DNA of 64,000 bases. It comes from Diplonema japonicum. Lineage: Eukaryota > Protista > Euglenozoa: Diplonemea. A model generated the notes under the pieces. The model saw only the letters and a list, made by a program, of their open reading frames with translations, had not been told where the DNA came from and searched no databases. The position numbers and the translations under genes are program-made. The stretch's first letter is position 1; each line of letters starts with the position of its first letter. The DNA lies in NCBI GenBank assembly GCA_964019335.1, contig OZ025744.1:62001-126000 (forward strand), written 5' to 3'. Positions 32,376 to 41,881 of the stretch are shown here, in pieces.

Positions 32376-33725
32376 CTAGTTCGGATTGTTTTCTTTTTTG
32401 TTCCGTTTTCCTTTTCTAATCGCGCGCATCGAGGCCGTGTCGGACCGGAACGCAGACTGTGCCTGGGATATCAGTTTCATCATTTTCTCGTCGGAGGGAA
32501 GAATAGGTAACCGAAGACAGGGTTTGCCTGTTTCAGCACGGAGCATATCCGTTAGACGATACCTATCACGGAGGAAGTTTGACAGCACAGTGTTTACATA
32601 GTGGCGAGGCGCGGCGGGCTCGGAGTGCCTGCGGGCACGGGCCCAGATTTTACGCCACTTCAAGTTGAGCAGTGTGAGCTGCGCCTGTCGTCGAATCACA
32701 AAGCTGCGCAGCACATTGTAACAAGACATCACATGCCGTTTGTAGCCCAGTATCGCGTTTACAGTTTTGGACATTCCGTGGATCTGCGTCAGAAACAGTT
32801 TGATTTTGTCAACCCTCATTCGTTTCACCTTAATCGACATGGTGACAGCGAACAACAGCGAGCCGGTTAGGACGCCGCATAATTTTGAAACAGCCGCGTT
32901 CCGCTTGGCCTCTAGCCATCTTCTGAACACAATTTTTGCAAACGTAAACGTTCGTATCCATTTCCCCGGGCGTTTCCGCTTCTCGAGAGCTTCCTGCCAC
33001 ATCAAGACACTGTTCACTGTGCACATTGCTATTCTCCACGCGTCTCGGGCTGTTTTTTGTACTTCATCGTACTCCCTTCGTCTTGCACGCGTGGCCTCCT
33101 TCTCTTTCTTCTTTATTAGGCAGTTTAAGTGCGTTGCATCCTTCTCCTTTTCGGTTTCCAGCCGCTTCACAGTAGCTTGTTCTTGCCGTTTGCCCGAGGC
33201 CTTTGCGTGCATACGCTTCCGTTTAACAATTTCCCCCTTCGTTGGAACCCGTTTGTTCCTGATTATAAGCTGGTTTACGTATCTTCTTGGAGATGCAAGC
33301 TTGGCTGTGTTTCGTTGGTAAACCATAGACGATGTGTCGATCCTTTTGGTGACTGCGTCTATGCTATAGTATCCGCCGGGGGGCTGCCTTGGGCGAGGAC
33401 GTGCCCGTGGAGGAGGTCGTGGCGGTGATGGTGGTTTCGGGGATGCAGCAGGCGTGGTTAGGACAGAGGGCGGCCTCTGTTTCGCTTCCAACGCAGCCAG
33501 AATATCCCTGGTATTGTCGCTGCCCACATTCCTGCCCACCCCGCCCAACAGTTCTTGTTGCCTGCGCGTAGGCGGCCTTGAAGCCGTCACCATCATCGCG
33601 CTCAACAGCTTCTTCATTTCCTCGTTCCGCACGCTTGTCAGCGACGATATCATATCCGCCTGCCTGCGGGGGAACCGCGCCACATGTTCATCCCATGCCT
33701 CGGGGGGGAGCTCCGTGATGAACAT
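32376..33725 (-). CDS. Hypothetical basic coiled-coil protein
   Basis: Likely start MFITELPP; long open frame with Pro-rich linker and helical basic C-terminus. Confidence 0.7.
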   Translation of the reverse strand: MFITELPPEAWDEHVARFPRRQADMISSLTSVRNEEMKKLLSAMMVTASRPPTRRQQELLGGVGRNVGSDNTRDILAALEAKQRPPSVLTTPAASPKPPSPPRPPPRARPRPRQPPGGYYSIDAVTKRIDTSSMVYQRNTAKLASPRRYVNQLIIRNKRVPTKGEIVKRKRMHAKASGKRQEQATVKRLETEKEKDATHLNCLIKKKEKEATRARRREYDEVQKTARDAWRIAMCTVNSVLMWQEALEKRKRPGKWIRTFTFAKIVFRRWLEAKRNAAVSKLCGVLTGSLLFAVTMSIKVKRMRVDKIKLFLTQIHGMSKTVNAILGYKRHVMSCYNVLRSFVIRRQAQLTLLNLKWRKIWARARRHSEPAAPRHYVNTVLSNFLRDRYRLTDMLRAETGKPCLRLPILPSDEKMMKLISQAQSAFRSDTASMRAIRKGKRNKKENNPN

Positions 33726-33796
33726 GTTAACCCCCCCCTCCCCTTCTTTGTATTCTTGGAGAGGGGAAAAGAGAGAGGGGGGGAAAAAAAAATTGT

Positions 33797-34573
33797 CTAC
33801 GCATGCGTGTTCCATGTGGAGACCCTATCACGGTGCCACGCCAACTGGCTGTCCACACGAGGTATAGGCCACTCCGGTTGCTTGATAGGTGAAAGGTCCC
33901 ATTTTGAAGGATCATAGATGGCCTGTTCCGGGGTGTCTCGTTCTGGGCGGCGAAGGCCGTCGCCCCAAGGGGTTTGGGTATCTTCGGGGTGATGAGGTGC
34001 AATACCTGACACAGCACGAAATCGTGGCGGAGCAGAGGACGATGGAGAGGTTGGAAGAGACAGATTCGACGGTAGGTCCAGAGACTTACCAGTTGTCTTA
34101 GACATTTCGTGCGCGTACCAGTCGTCCATTTCGGTTATCAAACGACAGGTTGCATCACGGGCAGTCCATACAGCCCATTTGTGCAGATGGTTGGTGGACA
34201 CCCTGTGGTAGTCGATTATGATTTTAATCTCCGGGTCGTCGATTTCTTTCATTCTGAAACGAAGAACCGAAGGTTCGCAGCGTGCCTTCCGCACATGTGT
34301 CAGAATGAACAGTTCTGTTGTCTCGCCCTGTTTCCAATGGTGCTCATATGTGGTGTCCTCGTGCCACTTGTGGTACCTTCTCGGGAGCATGCGATTGAGC
34401 ACCGCGGCCAGCACCGCGATTTTATCAATGCTTACGGTGCCCCATCTCCAATAGTCGTCCCTCCTCGGGCCCAGCTTTTTATCCTCGAACAACGACCGTT
34501 GTCCGGGCACCTTCCTCAACATCTGTTGCTTTTTCTGATACCCTCTCAGAACATATTTCTGAGGGTTCGTCAT
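33797..34573 (-). CDS. Hypothetical protein (258 aa, basic, Trp-rich)
   Basis: ORF starts after an A-tract, lies on the cluster strand and has coding-like composition. Confidence 0.7.
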   Translation of the reverse strand: MTNPQKYVLRGYQKKQQMLRKVPGQRSLFEDKKLGPRRDDYWRWGTVSIDKIAVLAAVLNRMLPRRYHKWHEDTTYEHHWKQGETTELFILTHVRKARCEPSVLRFRMKEIDDPEIKIIIDYHRVSTNHLHKWAVWTARDATCRLITEMDDWYAHEMSKTTGKSLDLPSNLSLPTSPSSSAPPRFRAVSGIAPHHPEDTQTPWGDGLRRPERDTPEQAIYDPSKWDLSPIKQPEWPIPRVDSQLAWHRDRVSTWNTHA

Positions 34574-34893
34574 TTTTTTTTTCCACCCCTTAGAAATAGT
34601 TTTTTTTTTCCACCCAAAGGAACATATGATCTCGATTACAAAAAAAAGGGGGTGGGGATAATCTATTTGAATAACTTAAGGGGATAAAAAGAGGGGGGGG
34701 GGGGTGTTTTTTGTGTGTGAGGAGGGGCTTAGAGGGCAAAAGAAAAAAAAAAGGAACAAAATCTAAAAGTAAATCTAAAACTCAAGCACCACCATCCCGT
34801 CCCAACTCCGCGGGGCCATGTCAGCGTAGCCCTCTTCGGTGTGCTATGTTATTTTCATTTCACCCTCCCTTCCCTTTTTTTTACCCCACCCAT

Positions 34894-37800
34894 TCATACC
34901 ATATCTACATTAAGGCGTGCGTGCCGCATCACGTTTGAGATGGCAGTATCTGAGATCCCACCGGGGGAGGACTGGTAAGAAGGAGGTGGTGGAGGCCCAG
35001 GGGTGACCTTTGGCCCCCGCCCCACTGCAGGAGCGAGCAGCGGAGGGCCACGCTGAACGGACGACGCAAAGCCATCAATGCAGGCACTCGGGTACGACAT
35101 CACCTGCGAAGAAGGCGACAGCCTTGCGGCGCCAAACCGGTGCAGCGCACTCACCGACGCCTGGTGGTTGACAGGCGTGCCGTACGAGTAAACTGGCGCC
35201 CCAACAAGTTCCGCTCGTTTCGGCGTCCTAGCCACATTGTCCTGCAGCTCGAAAACATCCATGCTGCCCTTATCGTGCATCGAGTACGACCCCGATTGTG
35301 CCGGCAGGGGGAAGGAGGTGGTAGTGCCCATGTCTTGCACCTCCTGCACATGAATGTCGCTCACAATCGGCTGCGGCGCCGGTGGCTGCACGTGTACTTT
35401 CGGCTGCGGTGGCGGGGGTCGCCTCGGCCTTTCCACGTGCTGCTTCAGCTGCATCTGCAGCTTCTGGTGGTCTTCGATGATCTGCTGCAGCTGCATCGCA
35501 CTCTGCGTTTGTCCGGAAGTTGGATTGCTCGGGACCGGATCAGGAGGCGGCGGGGGATTGTACATCGGCTTCACCTGCACTGGTACCGGCACGGACACTG
35601 GTGCGCTAACCTTGTTGCTGACCTCCTCTTTCTGCAGCTGCACCTGCAAAGCTGTCGGGTTTGCAATAAACGACTGCAGCACGGTCGAGCCTGGCACACT
35701 GTTCAACGGCACTGTGCTCTGTGACGGCAGGTTGGTTGGCGTGCCCCGCGACACGCTACTGCTCGGCGCCGATAAGGGCATGTGCACGACAGGCGACTCG
35801 ATCACAGGCTGCTCCGACAGCACCTGCGGTGCATACGGCACTGAGGGTAGGTTGTACACCTGCATCCGTGTACGCAACGACGCAGGCGACTCCACACTTA
35901 TCGCGCCCTCCCACTTCGATCTCGGCAACTCCTCGACAGGCGGCGGTGGTGTGGGCGGGGCAGGGAGGGGCTGCAAGGGCTGCGTGATCTTGCCCTTCCT
36001 TCCAGGAGTAGTGCTCCTCATGGACGACGACGTCGGGAGCGGAGAGTGAAGGGGCGGCGAGTAGGACCGCGACATAGGAAGGGGTTCAGGAGGTGTGGGC
36101 GGCTGCTTGGGGGTCATGGCAGGAGTCATGGTGAGGGATGGACCCACCACCGACGGGGACATCGAAGGGTCTGTGGACAGATCCTTGTCGAAGAGAACCG
36201 TTGGGGGGATGTCGCGCGACACGGGTTCCTGCACAAGGTCCTGCGGCAACAGCGGCGGGGGAGGGTTGTCGAGAAGGCCTGCAAGAGGCGACACTGCTCC
36301 AAGGTCAAGGTCGGGCGTGCAGGCCGTTAACGTGACACAAGCAGTTTTGTCTGGCTCGGGAGACGCTTGGACCTGGAGACTTGGCTCGTTAGGCACCTTA
36401 ACCAACGTGAAGACTTCACCCTCCTTCAGCCCCATCATGGTCCCCGTCACTTCGTCATTGTTTAGTTCAATCCCAGATGAAGAGAACAACCGCAACTGGC
36501 TTGGCGGCAAGGACACCCACCTTCCCAGTGTTTTCTTCACAGTCCCCACCTTGACGTCGCCTAGACTCCCCGCTGCCATTGAGATCCGGTACCGTCGCTC
36601 TTCCCATTTGGCATCGACCACAAAGCCGGTTTTGTTCACTTTGCGCAGTTCTGACAGCCATTCAATATCTCTGGCGGTCTCTGGGGAGTACATCCGGTGT
36701 TCCTGGGCCGGTTCTTCCTCAGTCCCGTCTGGGACGTACACGTTGATGGGCAAGATGTTGACGTTTGGTTCCCCTGCGTTCACCAAATCGTCGATCTGCT
36801 GCCTGCAATCCATGCCGACGACCTCGATGGGCATCCCCTGCCGTCTCGACGCGGCATCCGTCAGTGTGTCGACCAGGTTCTCGTAGTCCCCCTCGCTGTA
36901 CCATGTCAGCCCTTTGTGTTCCCTTGCCTGCACCCCAATGTACCCCGTCAGAGAGGTGTACACGGTCGTCACATCGGTTATCGAAACGGAGTGCTCGACC
37001 AGTCCGGCTTGGGTCATCAACAAGACCCCGGAGTCTGTGACAATGACAACCTTGTTGCCCAGTCCCAAGGATGCGGCGTGCAGTGCGGGGGTCGACCCCT
37101 TCGGCCAACCTTGCCCGACACATTGCATGGCGGTTTGCACCCGCTCGTCGGTGTCCTCGATGTCAACGAACCCTATGCCTGTAAGGGGCGAGGTGCTGAT
37201 ATGCGTTCCCTTAACCTCAATCATCGCGGCAGGTAGGGGTTCATGCGTTGGGATGTAGTACGCCGTTCGCTTCGGAGGGCGGAGAAGCTGGCGTTCTACC
37301 CATCCTGGTGGCGGGCCGTCTGGCGACTCCAACGGCGATGACAGCATGCTTATATTATTCACACTTGTAGCTACATTGTTGTTGTTGTAGTTGTTGTTTT
37401 CAGGAGGGATGGCTGTCAAGGTAACGCGTTCTGCTGAGGACGCACGTTCGATGGCTGTTGCGGTGTCGTAGGCAGTCTTCCTCTGCGACATTCTCCATTC
37501 ATGGCGGTCTTCTGATTTCGAGTGCATACGTTGCACTTGTTCTTCACACATAACGGGTAAAGGTGGTGACGGTGATCGAGACGGTGCCGCCTTAGCAGTG
37601 CTTGAAGGGAGGCTCACCGGGGACGGTGGTCTCGGTGGCGGCGGAGGAGGAGGAGGTGTGGGTGGTTCCGTGCATTTTGGTACGTTTTGAGCGGGCCTGG
37701 CAGATGTCACTGTATTCATCACTAGAACGAATGAATCTAGTTTCACAGGGGTGCCTCCCATCGCACTTATAAGCTTTTTAATCAATTGGCTTGCTTGGTC

Positions 37801-37950
37801 TTTTGACGCCACGCTGAAGAAGCCCAGCTCCCTCAACGCCCCGCAGACACCGTCCTCGCCCAGCGCCCTGTTCCCGTCCTGCAGCGTTGCATATCTGTTG
37901 AACACCTTCACCAACGCCTTGCGTTTTACATCTCTTGCGCCGTTCTCCAT
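34894..37950 (-). CDS. Proline-rich multidomain protein (EF-hand-like N-terminus, internal ubiquitin-like domain)
   Basis: 1018-aa ORF; VFNRYATLQDGNRALGEDG is EF-like; VGTVKKTLGRWVSLPPSQLRLFSSSGIEL is Ubl-like. Confidence 0.75.
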   Translation of the reverse strand: MENGARDVKRKALVKVFNRYATLQDGNRALGEDGVCGALRELGFFSVASKDQASQLIKKLISAMGGTPVKLDSFVLVMNTVTSARPAQNVPKCTEPPTPPPPPPPPRPPSPVSLPSSTAKAAPSRSPSPPLPVMCEEQVQRMHSKSEDRHEWRMSQRKTAYDTATAIERASSAERVTLTAIPPENNNYNNNNVATSVNNISMLSSPLESPDGPPPGWVERQLLRPPKRTAYYIPTHEPLPAAMIEVKGTHISTSPLTGIGFVDIEDTDERVQTAMQCVGQGWPKGSTPALHAASLGLGNKVVIVTDSGVLLMTQAGLVEHSVSITDVTTVYTSLTGYIGVQAREHKGLTWYSEGDYENLVDTLTDAASRRQGMPIEVVGMDCRQQIDDLVNAGEPNVNILPINVYVPDGTEEEPAQEHRMYSPETARDIEWLSELRKVNKTGFVVDAKWEERRYRISMAAGSLGDVKVGTVKKTLGRWVSLPPSQLRLFSSSGIELNNDEVTGTMMGLKEGEVFTLVKVPNEPSLQVQASPEPDKTACVTLTACTPDLDLGAVSPLAGLLDNPPPPLLPQDLVQEPVSRDIPPTVLFDKDLSTDPSMSPSVVGPSLTMTPAMTPKQPPTPPEPLPMSRSYSPPLHSPLPTSSSMRSTTPGRKGKITQPLQPLPAPPTPPPPVEELPRSKWEGAISVESPASLRTRMQVYNLPSVPYAPQVLSEQPVIESPVVHMPLSAPSSSVSRGTPTNLPSQSTVPLNSVPGSTVLQSFIANPTALQVQLQKEEVSNKVSAPVSVPVPVQVKPMYNPPPPPDPVPSNPTSGQTQSAMQLQQIIEDHQKLQMQLKQHVERPRRPPPPQPKVHVQPPAPQPIVSDIHVQEVQDMGTTTSFPLPAQSGSYSMHDKGSMDVFELQDNVARTPKRAELVGAPVYSYGTPVNHQASVSALHRFGAARLSPSSQVMSYPSACIDGFASSVQRGPPLLAPAVGRGPKVTPGPPPPPSYQSSPGGISDTAISNVMRHARLNVDMV

Positions 37951-38257
37951 TCCTTCATCGCTCTTGTTTCATCACTCACCTGTGTGTGTGTGTTTTTTTT
38001 TTTAAGTGCTTTTTTTTGTAAAAGAAGCAAGGGGGGATGAAAAGCGTGGGAGAGAGAGGGAGCAAAAAAAAAAAAAAAGAAAAAAGAAAAAAAAGCACCT
38101 TTCTTCTTCGATTTTCCTTTGTTCTGTAACAATACAAAAAAAAAAAAAGAAAGTCTAAAAGTATGGAGCATGGAGAAAAAGATCGTTCTTGCAAAAAAAA
38201 AAAAGATCAAAAAAAAAAAATAGTTAGATGAAAAAAAGTAAAAAAAAAAACAGAAGG

Positions 38258-38288
<31 letters not shown>

Positions 38289-38321
38289 TATATATATATA
38301 TATATGCAAAAGAGAAGAAAT

Positions 38322-38360
38322 TCGATAAAGTTTCAGTGAGCATGGGAGTGCTCACTGTTC
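38322..38360 (+). repeat. Dispersed hairpin-containing repeat, copy 3
   Basis: TCGATAAAGTTTCAGTGAGCATGGGAGTGCTCACTGTTC with a perfect 9-bp stem. Confidence 0.7.
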
Positions 38361-38469
38361 GAAAGAGAAGAATAGTGTTTATCAGAGTGGTCAAAGCCGG
38401 ACAAGCAAACTGCCTCTCTTCTTCTCTTTTTCTTTTTTCAAAACATTTTGTTAGGCATAAGTAAAAACG

Positions 38470-38509
<40 letters not shown>

Positions 38510-39796
38510 ACTGACCACCTCTGATGCGTCCACCAGTCTTCGACTATATCTGCAACAGTGACCTTTCAGAGGGTGGTTTCAAGTCTTTCCCTTTTTCTTT
38601 TTTTTTGTAAACCCGCTTTAAGTGCCACAACCATACCCTTGAAAGTCAATCAAGTTTCTTTTGGTCTTCCAAATTAATCATCGAAAACACCCCCGGCATC
38701 ACGTTGGGGTTTATGGGGACCGGGTCAAGAAAGACCTTTCCCCCCTAAATGATAGGACCTTTTGGGCTTCCGGCTGAGCATTGGGGACACGCTAGCAGTT
38801 TTCTCAAAAAAAAAAAAAAGAAAGAAAAGATAAGAGGCAGAAGGACCTATTTAACTAACAATAATGACTGTCTTCGTCATCTTCCAAAGAAAGAAACGGG
38901 CAGCTTCCTTTGGAATGGGAACAAGGGTGGGGAGGGAACAAAGACACCAATGCTCGCATTAGCACACCAGTGAGTAAGCTAGGAAACTAGCCCAGATAAA
39001 AAAAAGAAGGAATTTAAAGAGTCCTTTTTGAAGATGAGCCGCGAAAGCGTCAGATCCCAAAGAAATCTAAAGAAAACAAAAGGGAGGCAGAAGGAATGGA
39101 GAGGAAGGAATTAAAAAAAAGAAAAAAAAAGAAAAAAAAAGAGAGAAAAGGTTGGGAAGCATGGGTAGTATTCTTACTCCCCTCACCTCCCTCCCTCCCC
39201 CCCCCCTACTTTTTCTTTTCTTTTTCCTCAAGAAACAAGAATGAAGTAATCTAGAAAGGAAATAGAGAGGGAGAAAGAATGTGAGAGAGGAGAGGTCCCT
39301 CACATTAAAATGTTTTGAACCGATGCGAAGGGTAAAACTGGAACCATAGCCAGACGGGTTTAGAGATATGGGGCGCTATTTTTAACTTAAACTTGAAACG
39401 CACTCAGATCTTCTCCCACTTGACCCGCCAATAAAAATGGAGAACACACACTTATTCACTCTGTTTTGTAGTCACTGAACCCTACTTAACCCCTTCAGAT
39501 GCTGCCTCCACGCACGTTGTGTTGCATTTGATAGGGGGGTGGGGTGGGCAGAGACCTTTCTTTGCATATCCTGCAACAGAGTAGAGAATCTGTTCAAACA
39601 CCTTGTTTAAAAAAAAAAGGGAAAAAAAAAAGAAAAAAAAAGAAGAAAAAAAACACCAATCCATGGAGAGCAACAATAAAAAAAAAGAAGAAACTAAAAA
39701 AAAGAGAGGTAAATCTTCTTTTAGTAAGTCTTCTTTTTTTTGTTTTTGTTATTGTTTTTGTTTTGTATTTTTTCCCCCCCCCCTCTTTTTGTTGCC

Positions 39797-41695
39797 CTAA
39801 CACGTGCACTTAGAAGGAAGACAGGGACCGCCACACCCAAACTTCTTAGCTTTCTGGCACCACGGGTCCGCCAGCTCACCAACCTTGCTGAAGATGACGA
39901 AGGATGTGGCCTCCTCGGTGGTCTCGGGAAGGACCAGAGAGGCCCCCGCATCCACCTGAACCCTGTGCGACACCATCTTCTGCTCTGCCAACCCCCACTT
40001 GGGAGCGCAGGAGGCCGACTCGAACCCAACCAGAGGGAGCAGGGCGGGGAAGCCACCGTTCACCTTCCCCGAGCACGGAGGGCAGTGGTAGTGCGACAGG
40101 ATGAACTCGCAGACCTCAGTCCCGTAGCAGCTGAGGGTGATGGTGGTGTCCTTGGGAATGGCAGCAGGGGTGTGCACCTGCATCTCCCTCATGTTCTCGG
40201 GGATCATCGTCAGCACCGCCTCGCTGTTGCTGAACTCCATCTCCCCGTTCACATCCTTCCCCGGAACGGTGGCCCCCGCAATGCTCACCTTCACGCCCGG
40301 GGTCGCAGTAGTATCGGGTGCTGGTGTGTCTGGTGCCAGAGTGTCAGGAAAAGGGGTAGGTGGAGCATCAGTGTCCGGTGCCAGTGTGTCAGGAAAAGGG
40401 GTAAGTGGAGCATCAGTGTCCGGTGCCAGGGTGTCAGGAAAAGGGGTAGGTGGAGCATCAGTGTCCGGTGCCAGGGTGTCAGGAAAAGGGGTAGGTGGAG
40501 CATCAGTGTCCGGTGCCAGTGTGTCAGGAAAAGGGGTAGGTGGAGCATCAGTGTCCGGTGCCTCAGTATCAGGAACCTTGTAGATGCACTTGCGGTTGTG
40601 GGAGGCCCCGTTGCCGTCCACTATTGTGCTGTACTGCGGAGGGGACTCGTTCACAGCCCACCACTGAATCTGAATGCCTGGTGCTATCTCAACGAAGAGT
40701 GAGTTAATGTCCCACCCGTCGTTCCCTTTGTTCGAGATCTCCACACGGTCCAGCTCGCTCACAGGGAAGGTGCATGCCCCGTATGACCAGATGCTGCTCC
40801 CTCTCCTTGGGGAGGCAACACCGGTACCGGAGCAGACTGTACCTGATTTGGAGATGAACTTTGGTTCATAAGTGTGTGACGATTTTGCATATTCCGATGT
40901 CTGGGTCACGATGCGGACCCTGAACGTAACAGGACGCAGGATGCTCCTTTCGAAAATACTGCCCGAGTTGCCATCGATAAAAGGCGTCAAGGTAGGGGGG
41001 CGCTCGTTCACGGCGACGAGCTGGACGAAGTTGTTGCGCTCCTTGTGGTGGTAGGCAGACGCGATGGACCACCCATCGTTGTTGGGGGCGGGAATCTCGG
41101 CACGGTCGAAGTTAGAGAAACAGCCTGCTACAGACCAATGGCTGTCACCCTGGTCTGGTACATCGATTGTTGTACCGGCACAGGTGCTACCTGTGGTGGA
41201 AACGAACGTTGGCTTGAACTCAGCGACAGACTGCGAGTTGCTGCCCGTATGCGTGGTCACCAGTATCCGGAGCGGGAGCATTTCAAAGATCCCTGTTTTG
41301 AACTGCGGTTCAAGGGGATCAACATCGACCCATGTGTCGAAGGCACGGGGCGACACGTTGACAGCCCACAAAGGCATCCAGGCATCTCTGATCCATAGGT
41401 CCACCCTGCGGATGCGCCACCCGTCACTACCAGGAGCAGGCACCTTCACCTGTGTGACGTCCTCTGCCGAAAACGAGCAGGATGCTGACACAGTGTCCAC
41501 GTCCCCGCTACCTGGGGAGTTGATCGAACCTGTCGCGCAATTAGAAGTCGCTGAGTAGATTCTCGGATAGAACCGATGGCTGGAGTGGATGTGTTTGGTG
41601 GCCGAGGTGTATGTTGTGAAGCGTATTTTTACAACGGCGGCGCTAGCATGCCAAGCGCACGATGAAAGAAAAAGCAGAATCACGATGCCGCGCAT
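39797..41695 (-). CDS. Secreted protein: three PLAT/LH2-like domains, PDT-rich stalk, Cys-rich C-terminal domain
   Basis: Signal peptide; three repeats ending DGWRIRRVDL / DGWSIASAY / DGWDINSLFVE; (PDTLAPDTDAPPTPF)n; HCPPCSGKVNGG...CAPKW domain. Confidence 0.8.
   Translation of the reverse strand: MRGIVILLFLSSCAWHASAAVVKIRFTTYTSATKHIHSSHRFYPRIYSATSNCATGSINSPGSGDVDTVSASCSFSAEDVTQVKVPAPGSDGWRIRRVDLWIRDAWMPLWAVNVSPRAFDTWVDVDPLEPQFKTGIFEMLPLRILVTTHTGSNSQSVAEFKPTFVSTTGSTCAGTTIDVPDQGDSHWSVAGCFSNFDRAEIPAPNNDGWSIASAYHHKERNNFVQLVAVNERPPTLTPFIDGNSGSIFERSILRPVTFRVRIVTQTSEYAKSSHTYEPKFISKSGTVCSGTGVASPRRGSSIWSYGACTFPVSELDRVEISNKGNDGWDINSLFVEIAPGIQIQWWAVNESPPQYSTIVDGNGASHNRKCIYKVPDTEAPDTDAPPTPFPDTLAPDTDAPPTPFPDTLAPDTDAPPTPFPDTLAPDTDAPLTPFPDTLAPDTDAPPTPFPDTLAPDTPAPDTTATPGVKVSIAGATVPGKDVNGEMEFSNSEAVLTMIPENMREMQVHTPAAIPKDTTITLSCYGTEVCEFILSHYHCPPCSGKVNGGFPALLPLVGFESASCAPKWGLAEQKMVSHRVQVDAGASLVLPETTEEATSFVIFSKVGELADPWCQKAKKFGCGGPCLPSKCTC
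40325..40575 (-). repeat. 45-bp coding tandem repeat (~5 units)
   Basis: Encodes PDTLAPDTDAPPTPF. Confidence 0.9.
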
Positions 41696-41881
41696 ATTAT
41701 AAACCTATTTTGCAGAGGTGGAAGAAATCTCTTTTTTTTTAATGAAGGACCGGGGGGGGGGGGGGGGGGGAATACACATTAAAACGCATGGAGATTTGTG
41801 GGGGGGGGGGGGGGGATGTACAAGAATCTATTGTATTTTTTCTTCTTCTTCTTATTGTCATTTTCTTGTGTGAGGAACTTT

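Noticed and set aside
38500-39560. Mixed-composition intergenic stretch (also 30830-31050), with a weak SDAS RNase H-like word
   Set aside because: Too degenerate to assign; no supporting RT motifs or repeats.
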